DNA of 32,000 nucleotides, taken from contig NZ_CP047931.1 of the NCBI RefSeq assembly GCF_014280175.1, positions 180,001-212,000 of the forward strand. Reading direction: 5' to 3'. The stretch is from Synechococcus sp. A15-28. Its GTDB lineage: Bacteria > Cyanobacteriota > Cyanobacteriia > PCC-6307 > Cyanobiaceae. The notes beneath the pieces are model-generated. The model was given only the letters and a program-made list of their open reading frames with translations, was not told the DNA's origin and ran no database searches. Each line of letters starts with the position of its first letter. Positions within the stretch are counted from its first letter, which is position 1. The position numbers and the translations under genes are program-made. Shown piece after piece: positions 1-8,655 of this stretch.

Positions 1-2403
1 CATCCGGTTCCAGTGCATGCGATCGGTCCAGGCGAGGCTGACGGCCTCCTGGGCTCGCAGGTAGTCGGCAAAGTCCGCCATCACGAAGAAGGGATCGTTG
101 CCGGTGAGGTTGTCAAGCAACGGACGGAACAGCTCGCTGTCGCCATTGCTGAAGTGGCCCATCTCGATCAGGCGCAGAGCTTCTTGCAGCTCCGGCATGG
201 CATTGATGAAATTGCCGGGGTTGTAGCCGCTCTGCTTGAGCTCAGTGATCTCCTCCACGGTTTTGCCGAACAGGAAGAAGTTCTCCGCGCCCACCAGCTC
301 GCGGATCTCCACGTTGGCGCCATCCAGGGTGCCGATGGTGAGGGCGCCGTTCATGGCGAACTTCATGTTGCCGGTGCCGGAGGCTTCCTTGCCGGCGGTG
401 GAGATCTGCTCGGAGAGGTCGGAGGCGGGATAGACCTGCTCGCCCAGCTTCACGTTGTAATCCGGTAAAAACACCACCCGCAGGCGGCCGTCCATGTCGG
501 GATCGGCATTGACGGTTTCGGCGATGCCGTTGATGAAGCGGATGATCAGCTTCGCCATGTAATAACCGGGAGCCGCCTTGCCTCCGAAGATCACGGTGCG
601 GGGGGCCATGCCATCGGCCTGGCCGTTCTTGATCCGCAGGTACTGAGTGATCACCTGCAAAGCATTGAGGTGCTGGCGCTTGTATTCATGAATGCGCTTC
701 ACCTGCACGTCGAACAGGGTGGAGGGGTCCACCAGGACACCGGTGTTGCGGTGGATGTAGCTGGCCAGCTTGCGCTTCACCGAGAGCTTGGTGTTGCCCC
801 AGTGCTCGAGGAAGCCGTGGTCGTTCTGGCGTTCCTCCAGTTTGCGCAGGTTCTCCATGTTGGAGATCCAGTCCTCTCCGATGTGCTCGTTCAGCAGGTT
901 GGAGAGCTCGGGGTTGGCCAGAGCCATCCAGCGGCGGGGGGTGACGCCGTTGGTGACGTTGGTGAATTTTTCTGGCCAGAGCTCGGCGAATTCCGGCAGC
1001 AGGTCGGTTTTGACCAGATCGGAGTGCAGCGCTGCCACGCCATTCACGTGGTGCGCTCCGATGGTGGCCAGGTGCGCCATGCGCACAGCTTTACTGCCGT
1101 CTTCGTCGATGATCGACAGCTTGCGCTGAATGGCGTCGTTGCCGGGGTAACGCAGACGCAGTTGCTGGAGGAAGCGGCGGTTGATTTCGTAAATCAGCTC
1201 CAGGTGGCGGGGCAGCAGATTGCCGAACAGGTTCAGATCCCACTTCTCCAGGGCCTCTGGCAGCAGGGTGTGGTTGGTGTAAGCGACAGACCGGGAGGTG
1301 ATATCCCAGGCCTTGTCCCACTCCATGTGGCGGTCGTCGATGAGCAGTCGCATCAACTCCGCTACAGCGATGGCGGGGTGGGTGTCGTTGAGCTGAACGG
1401 TCCAGTACTGAGGGAAGTCCTCAACGGGTAAACCGCGGTTGTCGAGGCTGCGCAGCATGTCCTGCAGTGAGCAGCTCACGAAGAAGTGCTGCTGCTTCAG
1501 GCGCAGACGCCGACCTTCATCGGTGCCGTCATTGGGATACAGCACCTTGGAGAGGGTTTCGCTGCCCACCTTCTCCTCAACGGCGCCGTAGTAGTCGCCA
1601 ATGTTGAAGGCATAGAAGTCAAAGCTCTCGGTGGCATCGGCACGCCAGAGGCGCAGACGATCGCAGATGTTGACCCGATAGCCCAGGACGGGGACGTCAT
1701 GGGGGATGCCGATGGCATGCTCGGCGGGGATCCAGCGGGAACGGTAGATGCCCTTGTCATCGATGTAGCTCTCGGTACGGCCACCAAAGCCGACGAAGCA
1801 GGCTTCATCGGGCTGAGGAAGTTCCCAGGGCCAGCCTCCCTTCAACCACTTGTCGGTGATCTCCACCTGCCAGCCGTCGCGGATGAGCTGGTCGAAGATG
1901 CCGAATTCATAGCGGATGCCATATCCCGTGGCGGGGATCTTCAGGCTGGCCAGGGATTCCATGTAGCAGGCCGCCAGGCGTCCCAAACCACCGTTGCCGA
2001 GGCCGGGCTCTTCCTCCACATCCAGGATCTGCTGCAGGGATTCGATGCCGAAGTTCTTGAGAGCTTCTTCGGCTTCCTGCTGAATCCCAAGGTTCAGCAG
2101 ATTGTTGTTCAGCTGGGGCCCGATCAGGAATTCCGCCGATAGGTAGGCCACCGATTTCTGCGGATGGGCCCGCATCGCCTCTGTAGTGGCGAGGTACCGC
2201 ATCATCAGGCGATCGCGCACCGCGTAGCTGAGAGCCATGTAGAGGTCATGGCGGCTGGCGGTGGGGGCGAGCTTGCCGAGGGTGAAGAACAGATGCTCGG
2301 TCATGCCGTCGAAGACGCTCTTGGCGTCAAGACCGGCCCGCTCGGGGTCGTTGTAACAGCCGGGGGTCGGCAGACGCAGGTCGAGGGGTTGGGAGGAGGT
2401 CAT
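1..2403 (-). CDS. glgP: Glycogen (alpha-glucan) phosphorylase; N-terminus complete, C-terminus runs off the left edge of the window
   Basis: Not in the supplied ORF track because it is open at the edge. My own minus-strand translation from the ATG (complement of 2401-2403) reads MTSSQPLDLRLPTPGCYNDPERAGLDAKSVFDGMTEHLFFTLGKLAPTASRHDLYMALSYAVRDRLMMRYL... It contains EEPGLGNGGLGRLAACYMESLASL and the PLP-lysine region EASGTGNMKFAMNGALTIGTLDGANVEI, both typical of alpha-glucan phosphorylases. The frame stays open for all 801 codons down to position 1. Confidence 0.95.
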   Translation of the reverse strand, partial: MTSSQPLDLRLPTPGCYNDPERAGLDAKSVFDGMTEHLFFTLGKLAPTASRHDLYMALSYAVRDRLMMRYLATTEAMRAHPQKSVAYLSAEFLIGPQLNNNLLNLGIQQEAEEALKNFGIESLQQILDVEEEPGLGNGGLGRLAACYMESLASLKIPATGYGIRYEFGIFDQLIRDGWQVEITDKWLKGGWPWELPQPDEACFVGFGGRTESYIDDKGIYRSRWIPAEHAIGIPHDVPVLGYRVNICDRLRLWRADATESFDFYAFNIGDYYGAVEEKVGSETLSKVLYPNDGTDEGRRLRLKQQHFFVSCSLQDMLRSLDNRGLPVEDFPQYWTVQLNDTHPAIAVAELMRLLIDDRHMEWDKAWDITSRSVAYTNHTLLPEALEKWDLNLFGNLLPRHLELIYEINRRFLQQLRLRYPGNDAIQRKLSIIDEDGSKAVRMAHLATIGAHHVNGVAALHSDLVKTDLLPEFAELWPEKFTNVTNGVTPRRWMALANPELSNLLNEHIGEDWISNMENLRKLEERQNDHGFLEHWGNTKLSVKRKLASYIHRNTGVLVDPSTLFDVQVKRIHEYKRQHLNALQVITQYLRIKNGQADGMAPRTVIFGGKAAPGYYMAKLIIRFINGIAETVNADPDMDGRLRVVFLPDYNVKLGEQVYPASDLSEQISTAGKEASGTGNMKFAMNGALTIGTLDGANVEIRELVGAENFFLFGKTVEEITELKQSGYNPGNFINAMPELQEALRLIEMGHFSNGDSELFRPLLDNLTGNDPFFVMADFADYLRAQEAVSLAWTDRMHWNRM

Positions 2404-2439
2404 GGCGTGCTGTGAAGAACTCCTGTTTGAAGAAACCGG

Positions 2440-2486
2440 GTTGGCGCCCCGACTTTTTGGGACGCCAACTTTTCCATGCCTGGAAA
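2440..2486. promoter_or_regulatory. Two adjacent hairpin-forming inverted repeats in the divergent glgP/antiporter intergenic region
   Basis: GTTGGCGCCCC (2440-2450), loop GACTTTTT, GGGACGCCAAC (2459-2469): 10 of 11 positions pair. This is followed by TTTT (2470-2473). That T-run overlaps a second repeat, TTTCCA-TGCC-TGGAAA (2471-2486). Function unknown. Confidence 0.3.
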
Positions 2487-2616
2487 GTAGCTATCACTCC
2501 AGGCCCTGCCCGTTATGTGCTGTACTCCGGTTCGTCTTTGTCCAAATCGGACCATCTTCGTCACAGTCCTGATCGACTTTCGCAACTAAGGTCGGCGAGA
2601 TTGCTCCGCGGCATCC

Positions 2617-3993
2617 ATGCTGTTTCCCGCACTGCTGAGTGAGATCAGCAGCCACGACCTTGAGGTGGCCGAAACGCTGATCGGCGTTCTTCGCTTCGTG
2701 CTGATCTTTGTGGCCGCGCGATCCCTCGCCGAGGTTTTGGTTCGTTTTGAACTGCCTACCATCCTGGGCGAGCTCTTGGCGGGCGTGATCATCGGCGCCT
2801 CCGGGTTGCATCTGTTGGTGCCTCCGGAGACGCAGGTTCAACTCAGCTCCTTTTTTGGTGATGTGGTGGGCGGATTGGCCCACATCCCAGCCGATGAGAT
2901 CCCGGAGATCTACAACGAGACGTTTGGTGCCCTTCAGGCCGTTTCCAACCTGGGTCTGTTCTCGTTGCTGTTCCTTACCGGTCTGGAGAGCGAGCTGGAG
3001 GAACTGATTGCCGTTGGAGCTCAGGCCTTTTCCGTGGCTGTGGTGGGCGTGGTCTTGCCGTTTGCCTTGGGAACCCTGGGTTTGATGGGTATCTTTCATG
3101 TGGATCCCATCCAGGCGATTTTTGCCGGCGCTTCGATGACGGCCACCAGCATTGGCATCACCGCGAGCGTCTTCGGTGAGCTCGGTTATCTGCGCACGCG
3201 CGAGGGTCAGATCGTCATCGGCGCGGCCGTTTTGGACGACATCCTCGGCATCGTGATCCTGGCTGTGGTGGTTTCCCTCGCCGCCGGTGGAACCCTAGAG
3301 ATCGCCCCAATCGTGCAATTGGTTGTGGCCGCTGTTCTGTTCGTTGTGGTTGCCCTCGTGTTGAGCCGTAAAGCTGCCCCCGCTTTCGACTGGGTCATCG
3401 ATCAGCTCAAGGCTCCGGGCGGCAAATTGGTGGGCTCCTACCTCTTGCTTGGCGCCAGCTGTTTCGTTGCCACGGCCATTGGTCTTGAAGCGGCCCTGGG
3501 TGCCTTCGCTGCAGGTTTGATCGCCAGCACCTCCAAACATCGCCACGAGATTCAGGCCGCCGTCACGCCCATCGTTGGATTGTTCGCCACGGTGTTCTTT
3601 GTGCTCGTTGGTGCCGGCATGGATCTGTCGGTGATCAATCCGTCCGATCCTTCAGCACGCTCTGCCCTGGTGATTGCAGGCTTCATGTTCGTGGTCGCCA
3701 TCATCGGCAAGGTGGCTGCCGGCTGGGCCGTGTTCGGTCAGCAGAAAACCGACAAGTTGGTGGTGGGGCTCGGCATGTTGCCCCGTGGCGAAGTGGGTCT
3801 GATCTTCCTGGGCCTGGGAACAGCCGCCAAGCTGCTCAGCCCTGGCCTCGAGGTAGCCATCCTGCTGATGGTGATCGGCACGACCTTCCTCGCACCGGTG
3901 CTGCTGCGTCTCGTCTTGAAGGGCAAACCTCCAGAAGACGGAAATGAGGTTCCTGAGGAATTGGCTGCTGATCCTTTAGGGGGTGCCTCCTGA
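2617..3993 (+). CDS. Cation:proton antiporter (CPA2 / Kef-type Na+/H+ exchanger family), polytopic membrane protein
   Basis: 458-aa ORF, hydrophobic throughout with about 12 predicted helices. Family-typical stretches include PTILGELLAGVIIG, SLLFLTGLESELEEL and LPRGEVGLIFLGLG. Starts with ATG. Confidence 0.85.
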   Translation: MLFPALLSEISSHDLEVAETLIGVLRFVLIFVAARSLAEVLVRFELPTILGELLAGVIIGASGLHLLVPPETQVQLSSFFGDVVGGLAHIPADEIPEIYNETFGALQAVSNLGLFSLLFLTGLESELEELIAVGAQAFSVAVVGVVLPFALGTLGLMGIFHVDPIQAIFAGASMTATSIGITASVFGELGYLRTREGQIVIGAAVLDDILGIVILAVVVSLAAGGTLEIAPIVQLVVAAVLFVVVALVLSRKAAPAFDWVIDQLKAPGGKLVGSYLLLGASCFVATAIGLEAALGAFAAGLIASTSKHRHEIQAAVTPIVGLFATVFFVLVGAGMDLSVINPSDPSARSALVIAGFMFVVAIIGKVAAGWAVFGQQKTDKLVVGLGMLPRGEVGLIFLGLGTAAKLLSPGLEVAILLMVIGTTFLAPVLLRLVLKGKPPEDGNEVPEELAADPLGGAS

Positions 3994-4314
3994 TCAATCG
4001 CTGCCGCGGTTGCTGAACACCAGCAACAGGCTCCAGCCCACGGCGACAACACCCAGGCTGGAGGCCCAGCCTGGGCCTAGAGCCCAGCTGCAGCCCAGCT
4101 GTGTTGCCAGTCCGACGGCCAATGCCAGCAGAAGGCTGCTGAGGATGAGGATCCCCTGTCTCCAATCCTCAGGAATGGTGCTGGTTTCAAGGCTCGTTTC
4201 CAACCGACTGAGGGGAGCGCTGAGGGGCACGTACAACGCCACGGCCCAGATCAGCGCCCCGCGCCAGACAGCAGCGTCGGCGAGGGGTCCGCTGATCACC
4301 TCGTAGCTCTGCAT
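3994..4314 (-). CDS. Hypothetical small membrane protein (about 3 hydrophobic segments)
   Basis: 106-aa ORF with TM-like stretches (GALIWAVALYVPL; ILILSSLLLALAVGLATQLG; LGVVAVGWSLLLVF). It fills the gap between the antiporter stop (3993) and the hydrolase gene. The competing plus-strand ORF 3983-4306 is P/R/S-rich and not protein-like. I recognise no family. Confidence 0.4.
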   Translation of the reverse strand: MQSYEVISGPLADAAVWRGALIWAVALYVPLSAPLSRLETSLETSTIPEDWRQGILILSSLLLALAVGLATQLGCSWALGPGWASSLGVVAVGWSLLLVFSNRGSD

Positions 4315-4351
4315 TCAGGCCTCTGGACGGGCTGCCTAGCATCGCGCCCTC

Positions 4352-5236
4352 TTGCCCCTCGTTGTGGACACCTACCGCTGGAGCCACCTTGGACATGACG
4401 TCCACACGATCCATCAACAGCCCGAGAAGGACTGTTCGGATCGTCCTGCGCTGCTGCTGGTTCATGGTTTCGGGGCCTCCACCGATCACTGGCGCCACAA
4501 CATTCCGGTGCTCGCCAGAACCCACGCCGTGCATGCGGTTGATCTGCTGGGTTTTGGGCGCAGTGCAAAGCCTGCGGAACTGCCCTACGGAGGGCCTCTC
4601 TGGCGCGATCAGCTGGTGGCCTATGTGCGGGAGCGGATCGGACGCCCCACGGTGATCGCCGGCAATTCTCTCGGGGGCTTTGCGGCGTTAGCGGCTGGTG
4701 CGGCACTCCAGCAGGACTGTGCCGGTGTGGTGTTGCTGAATGCAGCCGGTCCCTTCAGTGATGAACAGCAGCCTCCCAAGGGATGGGGTGCCATCGCCCG
4801 GCAGAGCATCGGCAGTGCGCTGTTGAAAAGCCCTGTGCTGCAGCGGTTGCTGTTTGAAAATCTCCGACGTCCAGCCACGATCCGTCGCACCCTCAATCAG
4901 GTGTACGTCGACAAGACCAACGTGGATGACTGGTTGGTGGAGTCGATCCGTCGTCCATCGCTCGATCCCGGCGCCTTCGGTGTGTTCCGCACGGTGTTCG
5001 ACATTCCCAGGGGGCAGCCCCTCGATGAGCTTTTCGCTGAGTTGACAGCACCTCTGCTGCTGCTCTGGGGCATCCGTGACCCATGGATCAATGCGCCAGG
5101 CCGCCGGGCCACCTTCCAGCGTCATGCGCCGGCGGCCACCACGGAGGTGGTGCTGGATGCGGGCCACTGTCCCCATGACGAGGTTCCCGAGCAGGTGAAT
5201 GCATTCTTGCTGGATTGGCTCGCTGCTCTGACGTGA
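4352..5236 (+). CDS. Alpha/beta-fold hydrolase
   Basis: Oxyanion-hole motif LLLVHGFGAS, nucleophile elbow GNSLGG, C-terminal histidine context DAGHCPHDE. No ATG is available; the start is TTG 4352 or GTG 4364. Confidence 0.85.
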   Translation: MPLVVDTYRWSHLGHDVHTIHQQPEKDCSDRPALLLVHGFGASTDHWRHNIPVLARTHAVHAVDLLGFGRSAKPAELPYGGPLWRDQLVAYVRERIGRPTVIAGNSLGGFAALAAGAALQQDCAGVVLLNAAGPFSDEQQPPKGWGAIARQSIGSALLKSPVLQRLLFENLRRPATIRRTLNQVYVDKTNVDDWLVESIRRPSLDPGAFGVFRTVFDIPRGQPLDELFAELTAPLLLLWGIRDPWINAPGRRATFQRHAPAATTEVVLDAGHCPHDEVPEQVNAFLLDWLAALT

Positions 5237-5303
5237 GCCACAGCACCGACAGATGCGGATCAGCCAGCTAGCTGGGTAGATCAGACTCGGCTCGCTACAG
5301 CGG

Positions 5304-6158
5304 ATGCCCATGACTCTCACCCAGCAGACCGCTCCCTATGCCCATTGGGAGTACGTCCATCCGGAAATCGGAGATCGTCTGCGGATCATTCCAGAGCGGG
5401 GCGGCATCGTCAGCGAGTGGCGTTGTGGGGAGCGTGAGGTGCTCTATTTCGACCAGGAGCGTTATGCCGACCCTGCCAAAAGCATCCGTGGAGGGATCCC
5501 TGTTTTGTTTCCGATCTGCGGCAATCTTCCCGGTGATCTGTTGCAGGTGAATGGCGTTGATCACACCCTCAAACAGCACGGCTTTGCTCGCAATCTCCCC
5601 TGGCAGCTGCAACTGCTTGATGATCAGAGCGGTGTGCGTCTCAGCCTGAGCAGCACGGACGAGACCCTCGCGGCCTATCCCTTCGCTTTCCTGGTGGAGA
5701 TGGAGGTGCGACCTGTGGCCATGGCCCTCGAGATCAGCACCACGATTCACAACCGCAGCGATCAGCCGATGCCCTTCAGCTTCGGGCTGCATCCTTATTT
5801 CAATGTCAGCGATCTGGGCCAGACCCGGCTCACCGGTTTGGCGGAGCGTTGTCTGAATCACCTGGAGATGGCGGATGCTGCCACCGATGGTCAGCTGTCT
5901 CGCCTGCCGGAGGGCGTTGATTTCCTTTGCCGGCCCGCTGGTGATGTCACGTTGATCGACGACGTCAGTGGTGCTCAGCTCCAGCTGCAGCATCAGGAGC
6001 CGATGGATCTGACTGTGGTCTGGACCGAACCCCCCCGCAAGATGGTTTGCCTGGAGCCCTGGACCGGCCCGCGCCAGTCCTTGGTGAGTGGCGACCGCAA
6101 GCTGGTATTGGATCCCGGCACCCAGCAGACCGTGGCCTGCCGCTACGCCGTGTCCTGA
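5304..6158 (+). CDS. Aldose 1-epimerase (galactose mutarotase-like) family protein
   Basis: 284 aa with family-typical GGIPVLFPICGN, HGFAR and FSFGLHPYF motifs. ATG start. The 3' end overlaps glcE convergently by 16 nt. Confidence 0.8.
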   Translation: MPMTLTQQTAPYAHWEYVHPEIGDRLRIIPERGGIVSEWRCGEREVLYFDQERYADPAKSIRGGIPVLFPICGNLPGDLLQVNGVDHTLKQHGFARNLPWQLQLLDDQSGVRLSLSSTDETLAAYPFAFLVEMEVRPVAMALEISTTIHNRSDQPMPFSFGLHPYFNVSDLGQTRLTGLAERCLNHLEMADAATDGQLSRLPEGVDFLCRPAGDVTLIDDVSGAQLQLQHQEPMDLTVVWTEPPRKMVCLEPWTGPRQSLVSGDRKLVLDPGTQQTVACRYAVS

Positions 6159-7294
6159 TTGACCCCCGGCAGTCGACCGCGGCAGAGCTGCTGCCGCGGA
6201 TCGAACTGTCGCTTCACGGCTTCGATAACCGGACGGGCGGGCGAGTCCAACCAGGCCGGGATGGAACCCGGTTTCGGCTGTACGAGCACGGTCAGTCCTC
6301 CGCCGAGTTCCACCACGCTGCGGCGCAGGGCTTCAACCTTGAACGGTTCGCTGGGTCCGCTCGACCAGCCATCGCCGCACCCGGCACCGGCGGCAATGTC
6401 CCAGGTCCAACCCTTCAACGAAGAGATCGCCGGACTCTGCAGGAGTTGCGTCACCTTGGCCGGCGGCAGCACCAGTCGCACCAGCCAGGTCGGTGCTGAA
6501 CAGGTCAGTCCGTTGTCCCTCGGGTCTGAGCAGGGTTGCTGTTCAGAGGTCAGTCCATGGTTCTGGCCCAGCTGCTCCAGTCGTTGCAGCTGCTCATCCA
6601 CTGCAGCGTCCGACACGCTGCTCACCATGATCTGAAGCTGCCACCCCTCCTCCACGGAGCCCTGCCAGTCGCAGCGTTCGGGCGTGAGGGTGGAGCGCAC
6701 CAGCTCGGCTCGGCAGCGCTCCAGATCCGACAGGGTTCCATGGAGAGCGAGGGCTGCCTGATGAGGCCGAATCGGCTGTAGCCGCAGGGTGACGTCGGTG
6801 ATTAGCGCCAGGCTGCCCCAGCTGCCACAGAGCAGTCGCATCAGGTCATAGCCCGCCACGTTTTTCACCACCTTTCCGCCAGCGCGGGCTTCCACGCCAT
6901 CGGCCCGCAGCAGGCCGATCCCGATGATCTGGTCCCGTACTCCCAGGTGGCGTTGACGCAGACCCCCGGACAGTCCCCGGGCCACCAGGCCGCCAATGCT
7001 GCCGGGCCTGCCATCACGGGGCAGATCAACCGGCAGCCACTGCCCCTGCTTGGCCAGAAGAGCCTGAAGCCTGTCGAGGGGCATTCCAGCCTCCACCGAG
7101 AGGGTCAGGTCGTCGACGGCATGGTCGATCACACGATCGAGATGGCGGCAGCTCAGCACGCCATGGGTGGGATCCAGGCGAGGTCCCCACTCCAGGTGCT
7201 CACCCAGGCCACTGGGGATCCAGGGGATGGCGTCCTGATGCCACTGGCGCACCAGCTCGATCAAGGCGCTTCGGTCGGCAGGGGAATGGCTCAC
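6143..7294 (-). CDS. glcE: Glycolate oxidase FAD-binding subunit GlcE
   Basis: FAD-binding PCMH-type region GGKVVKNVAGYDLMRLLCGSWGSLALITDVTLRLQP, with C-terminal FDPRQQL. The track ORF extends to 7657, but that extension is R/P/A-rich and overlaps the plus-strand gene. GTG at 7294 (VSHSPADRSALIELV...) is the only start just upstream of the conserved N-terminus. Confidence 0.8.
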   Translation of the reverse strand: MSHSPADRSALIELVRQWHQDAIPWIPSGLGEHLEWGPRLDPTHGVLSCRHLDRVIDHAVDDLTLSVEAGMPLDRLQALLAKQGQWLPVDLPRDGRPGSIGGLVARGLSGGLRQRHLGVRDQIIGIGLLRADGVEARAGGKVVKNVAGYDLMRLLCGSWGSLALITDVTLRLQPIRPHQAALALHGTLSDLERCRAELVRSTLTPERCDWQGSVEEGWQLQIMVSSVSDAAVDEQLQRLEQLGQNHGLTSEQQPCSDPRDNGLTCSAPTWLVRLVLPPAKVTQLLQSPAISSLKGWTWDIAAGAGCGDGWSSGPSEPFKVEALRRSVVELGGGLTVLVQPKPGSIPAWLDSPARPVIEAVKRQFDPRQQLCRGRLPGVNQDTA

Positions 7295-7308
7295 GGCACG
7301 ATGGTGCC

Positions 7309-8655
7309 ATGAAGGTTGTGGTGATCGACGACGACCCCACCGGCTCGCAGACGGTGCATAGCTGTCCTCTGCTGCTGGAGTGGGACAGGGAGACCCTGAG
7401 GCGGGGCTTGAAGCGCCCTTCGTCGTTGCTGTTTTTACTGGCGGACACACGGGCGCTGACGGCCGAGGCGGCCGCAGCGCGCAACCGCGAAATTGTCTGC
7501 CAACTGGATCAGGCGCTCGCAGCGGAAGGGTTACGTCGTGGCGATGTGCTGCTGGTGAGTCGCGGCGATTCCACCTTGCGCGGCCACGGCGTTCTGGAGC
7601 CCGCCACCTTGCAGGAGGCCTTCGGGCCGTTTGACGCCACGTTCCACATCCCAGCATTCATCGAGGGTGGCCGCACCACGGTGAACGGTGTGCATCTGTT
7701 GAACGGTGCCCCGGTGCATACCACCGCTTTTGCCCAGGACCGGATGTTTGGATTCAGCACCAGCGATCTGGCAGGCTGGCTGGAGGAGAAAAGTGGCGGT
7801 TCGATTCGATCTGCCGATGTGCAGCGGATTTCCGGTCGTGAGCTGAACGCGGCGTGTGGGACTGGCCTTTTGTGTTTGGTCGATCGACTCCGCTCCCTCA
7901 GGGGCAATGTGCCGGTGGTGGTGGATGCGGAACGACAGGACCAGCTCGCCGCTCTGGCCGCCGCGGTGCGGTCGCTGCGCAGCGAGAAACGCTTCCTGTT
8001 TCGGTCAGCCGCCAGTCTGGTGAAAGCACTGGCGGATCCTGGCCCGCAGCCTCTGGATGCGGCTGCTCTGGCCGGCCTGCGCCGACGGAATGGAGATGGT
8101 GCTCTCCTGCAGGGGTTGGTGGTGGTGGGCTCCTATGTGCCGCTGGCGGATCAGCAGCTGGAGCGATTGCTGCAGGCCCCCGGTTGCCGTGGGCTCGAGG
8201 TGCCCGTGCGTCGCATCGCTCGGGTGTTGGAGGGCGGCACGCCGGACTTGCTGCTGGCGGACCTGGAGCGGGAGCTGCTGGATCAGCTGAAGCAGGTGTT
8301 TGAGGCTGATGCAACATCTGTGCTGTACAGCAGCCGCGGCGAGCTCGGTTTTGCTTCGCCCCGGCAGCGCCGGCATTTCTCGGTTCAGCTCGCGCAGCTG
8401 ATGGCCCGCTTGGCGGCTGCAGTGGCACCGGGCCTTGGTTACCTGATCAGCAAGGGAGGAACCACCACCCAGACCCTGTTGTCCAAAGGGCTGGGGCTGA
8501 CGGCTGTCCAGCTGGAGGGGCAATTGCTGCCGGGACTGTCCCTGGTTCGTCCGTCAGAGGGGAGCCATGCCGGCCTGCCGATCCTCACGTTTCCCGGAAA
8601 CCTTGGCAGTGCCGACACCCTGCGCGACGCCTGGCAGCGGATGGAGGCCGGCTGA
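7309..8655 (+). CDS. Four-carbon acid-sugar kinase family protein (DUF1537 / OtnK-DtnK-like)
   Basis: N-terminal MKVVVIDDDPTGSQT resembles the DDxTG motif of this family. Length is 448 aa, and the C-terminal FPGNLGSADTL resembles the nucleotide-binding domain end. No PdxA2-like partner is adjacent. Confidence 0.7.
   Translation: MKVVVIDDDPTGSQTVHSCPLLLEWDRETLRRGLKRPSSLLFLLADTRALTAEAAAARNREIVCQLDQALAAEGLRRGDVLLVSRGDSTLRGHGVLEPATLQEAFGPFDATFHIPAFIEGGRTTVNGVHLLNGAPVHTTAFAQDRMFGFSTSDLAGWLEEKSGGSIRSADVQRISGRELNAACGTGLLCLVDRLRSLRGNVPVVVDAERQDQLAALAAAVRSLRSEKRFLFRSAASLVKALADPGPQPLDAAALAGLRRRNGDGALLQGLVVVGSYVPLADQQLERLLQAPGCRGLEVPVRRIARVLEGGTPDLLLADLERELLDQLKQVFEADATSVLYSSRGELGFASPRQRRHFSVQLAQLMARLAAAVAPGLGYLISKGGTTTQTLLSKGLGLTAVQLEGQLLPGLSLVRPSEGSHAGLPILTFPGNLGSADTLRDAWQRMEAG

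Noticed and set aside
13-2415. Plus-strand ORFs 13-468, 670-1431, 1486-2142 and 2164-2415
   Set aside because: All lie antisense to glgP, which reads uninterrupted on the minus strand from 2403 to the window edge with textbook phosphorylase motifs.
2412-2642. 76-aa ORF in the glgP/antiporter spacer running into the antiporter gene
   Set aside because: It overlaps the antiporter start out of frame and is R/S/P-rich with no motif. The spacer is better explained as regulatory sequence.
5264-5275. Perfect 12-bp palindrome CCAGCTAGCTGG, flanked by GATC sites, between the hydrolase and epimerase genes
   Set aside because: It is too short and has no loop, so it cannot form a convincing terminator. 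It is not followed by a T-run and occurs only once in the window. This is most likely chance symmetry.
7295-7657. N-terminal 121-codon extension of the glcE ORF (track start 7657)
   Set aside because: The extension is R/P/A/S-rich and has no homology to GlcE N-termini. It also overlaps the well-supported DUF1537 kinase gene on the other strand. GTG 7294 fits the conserved N-terminus.
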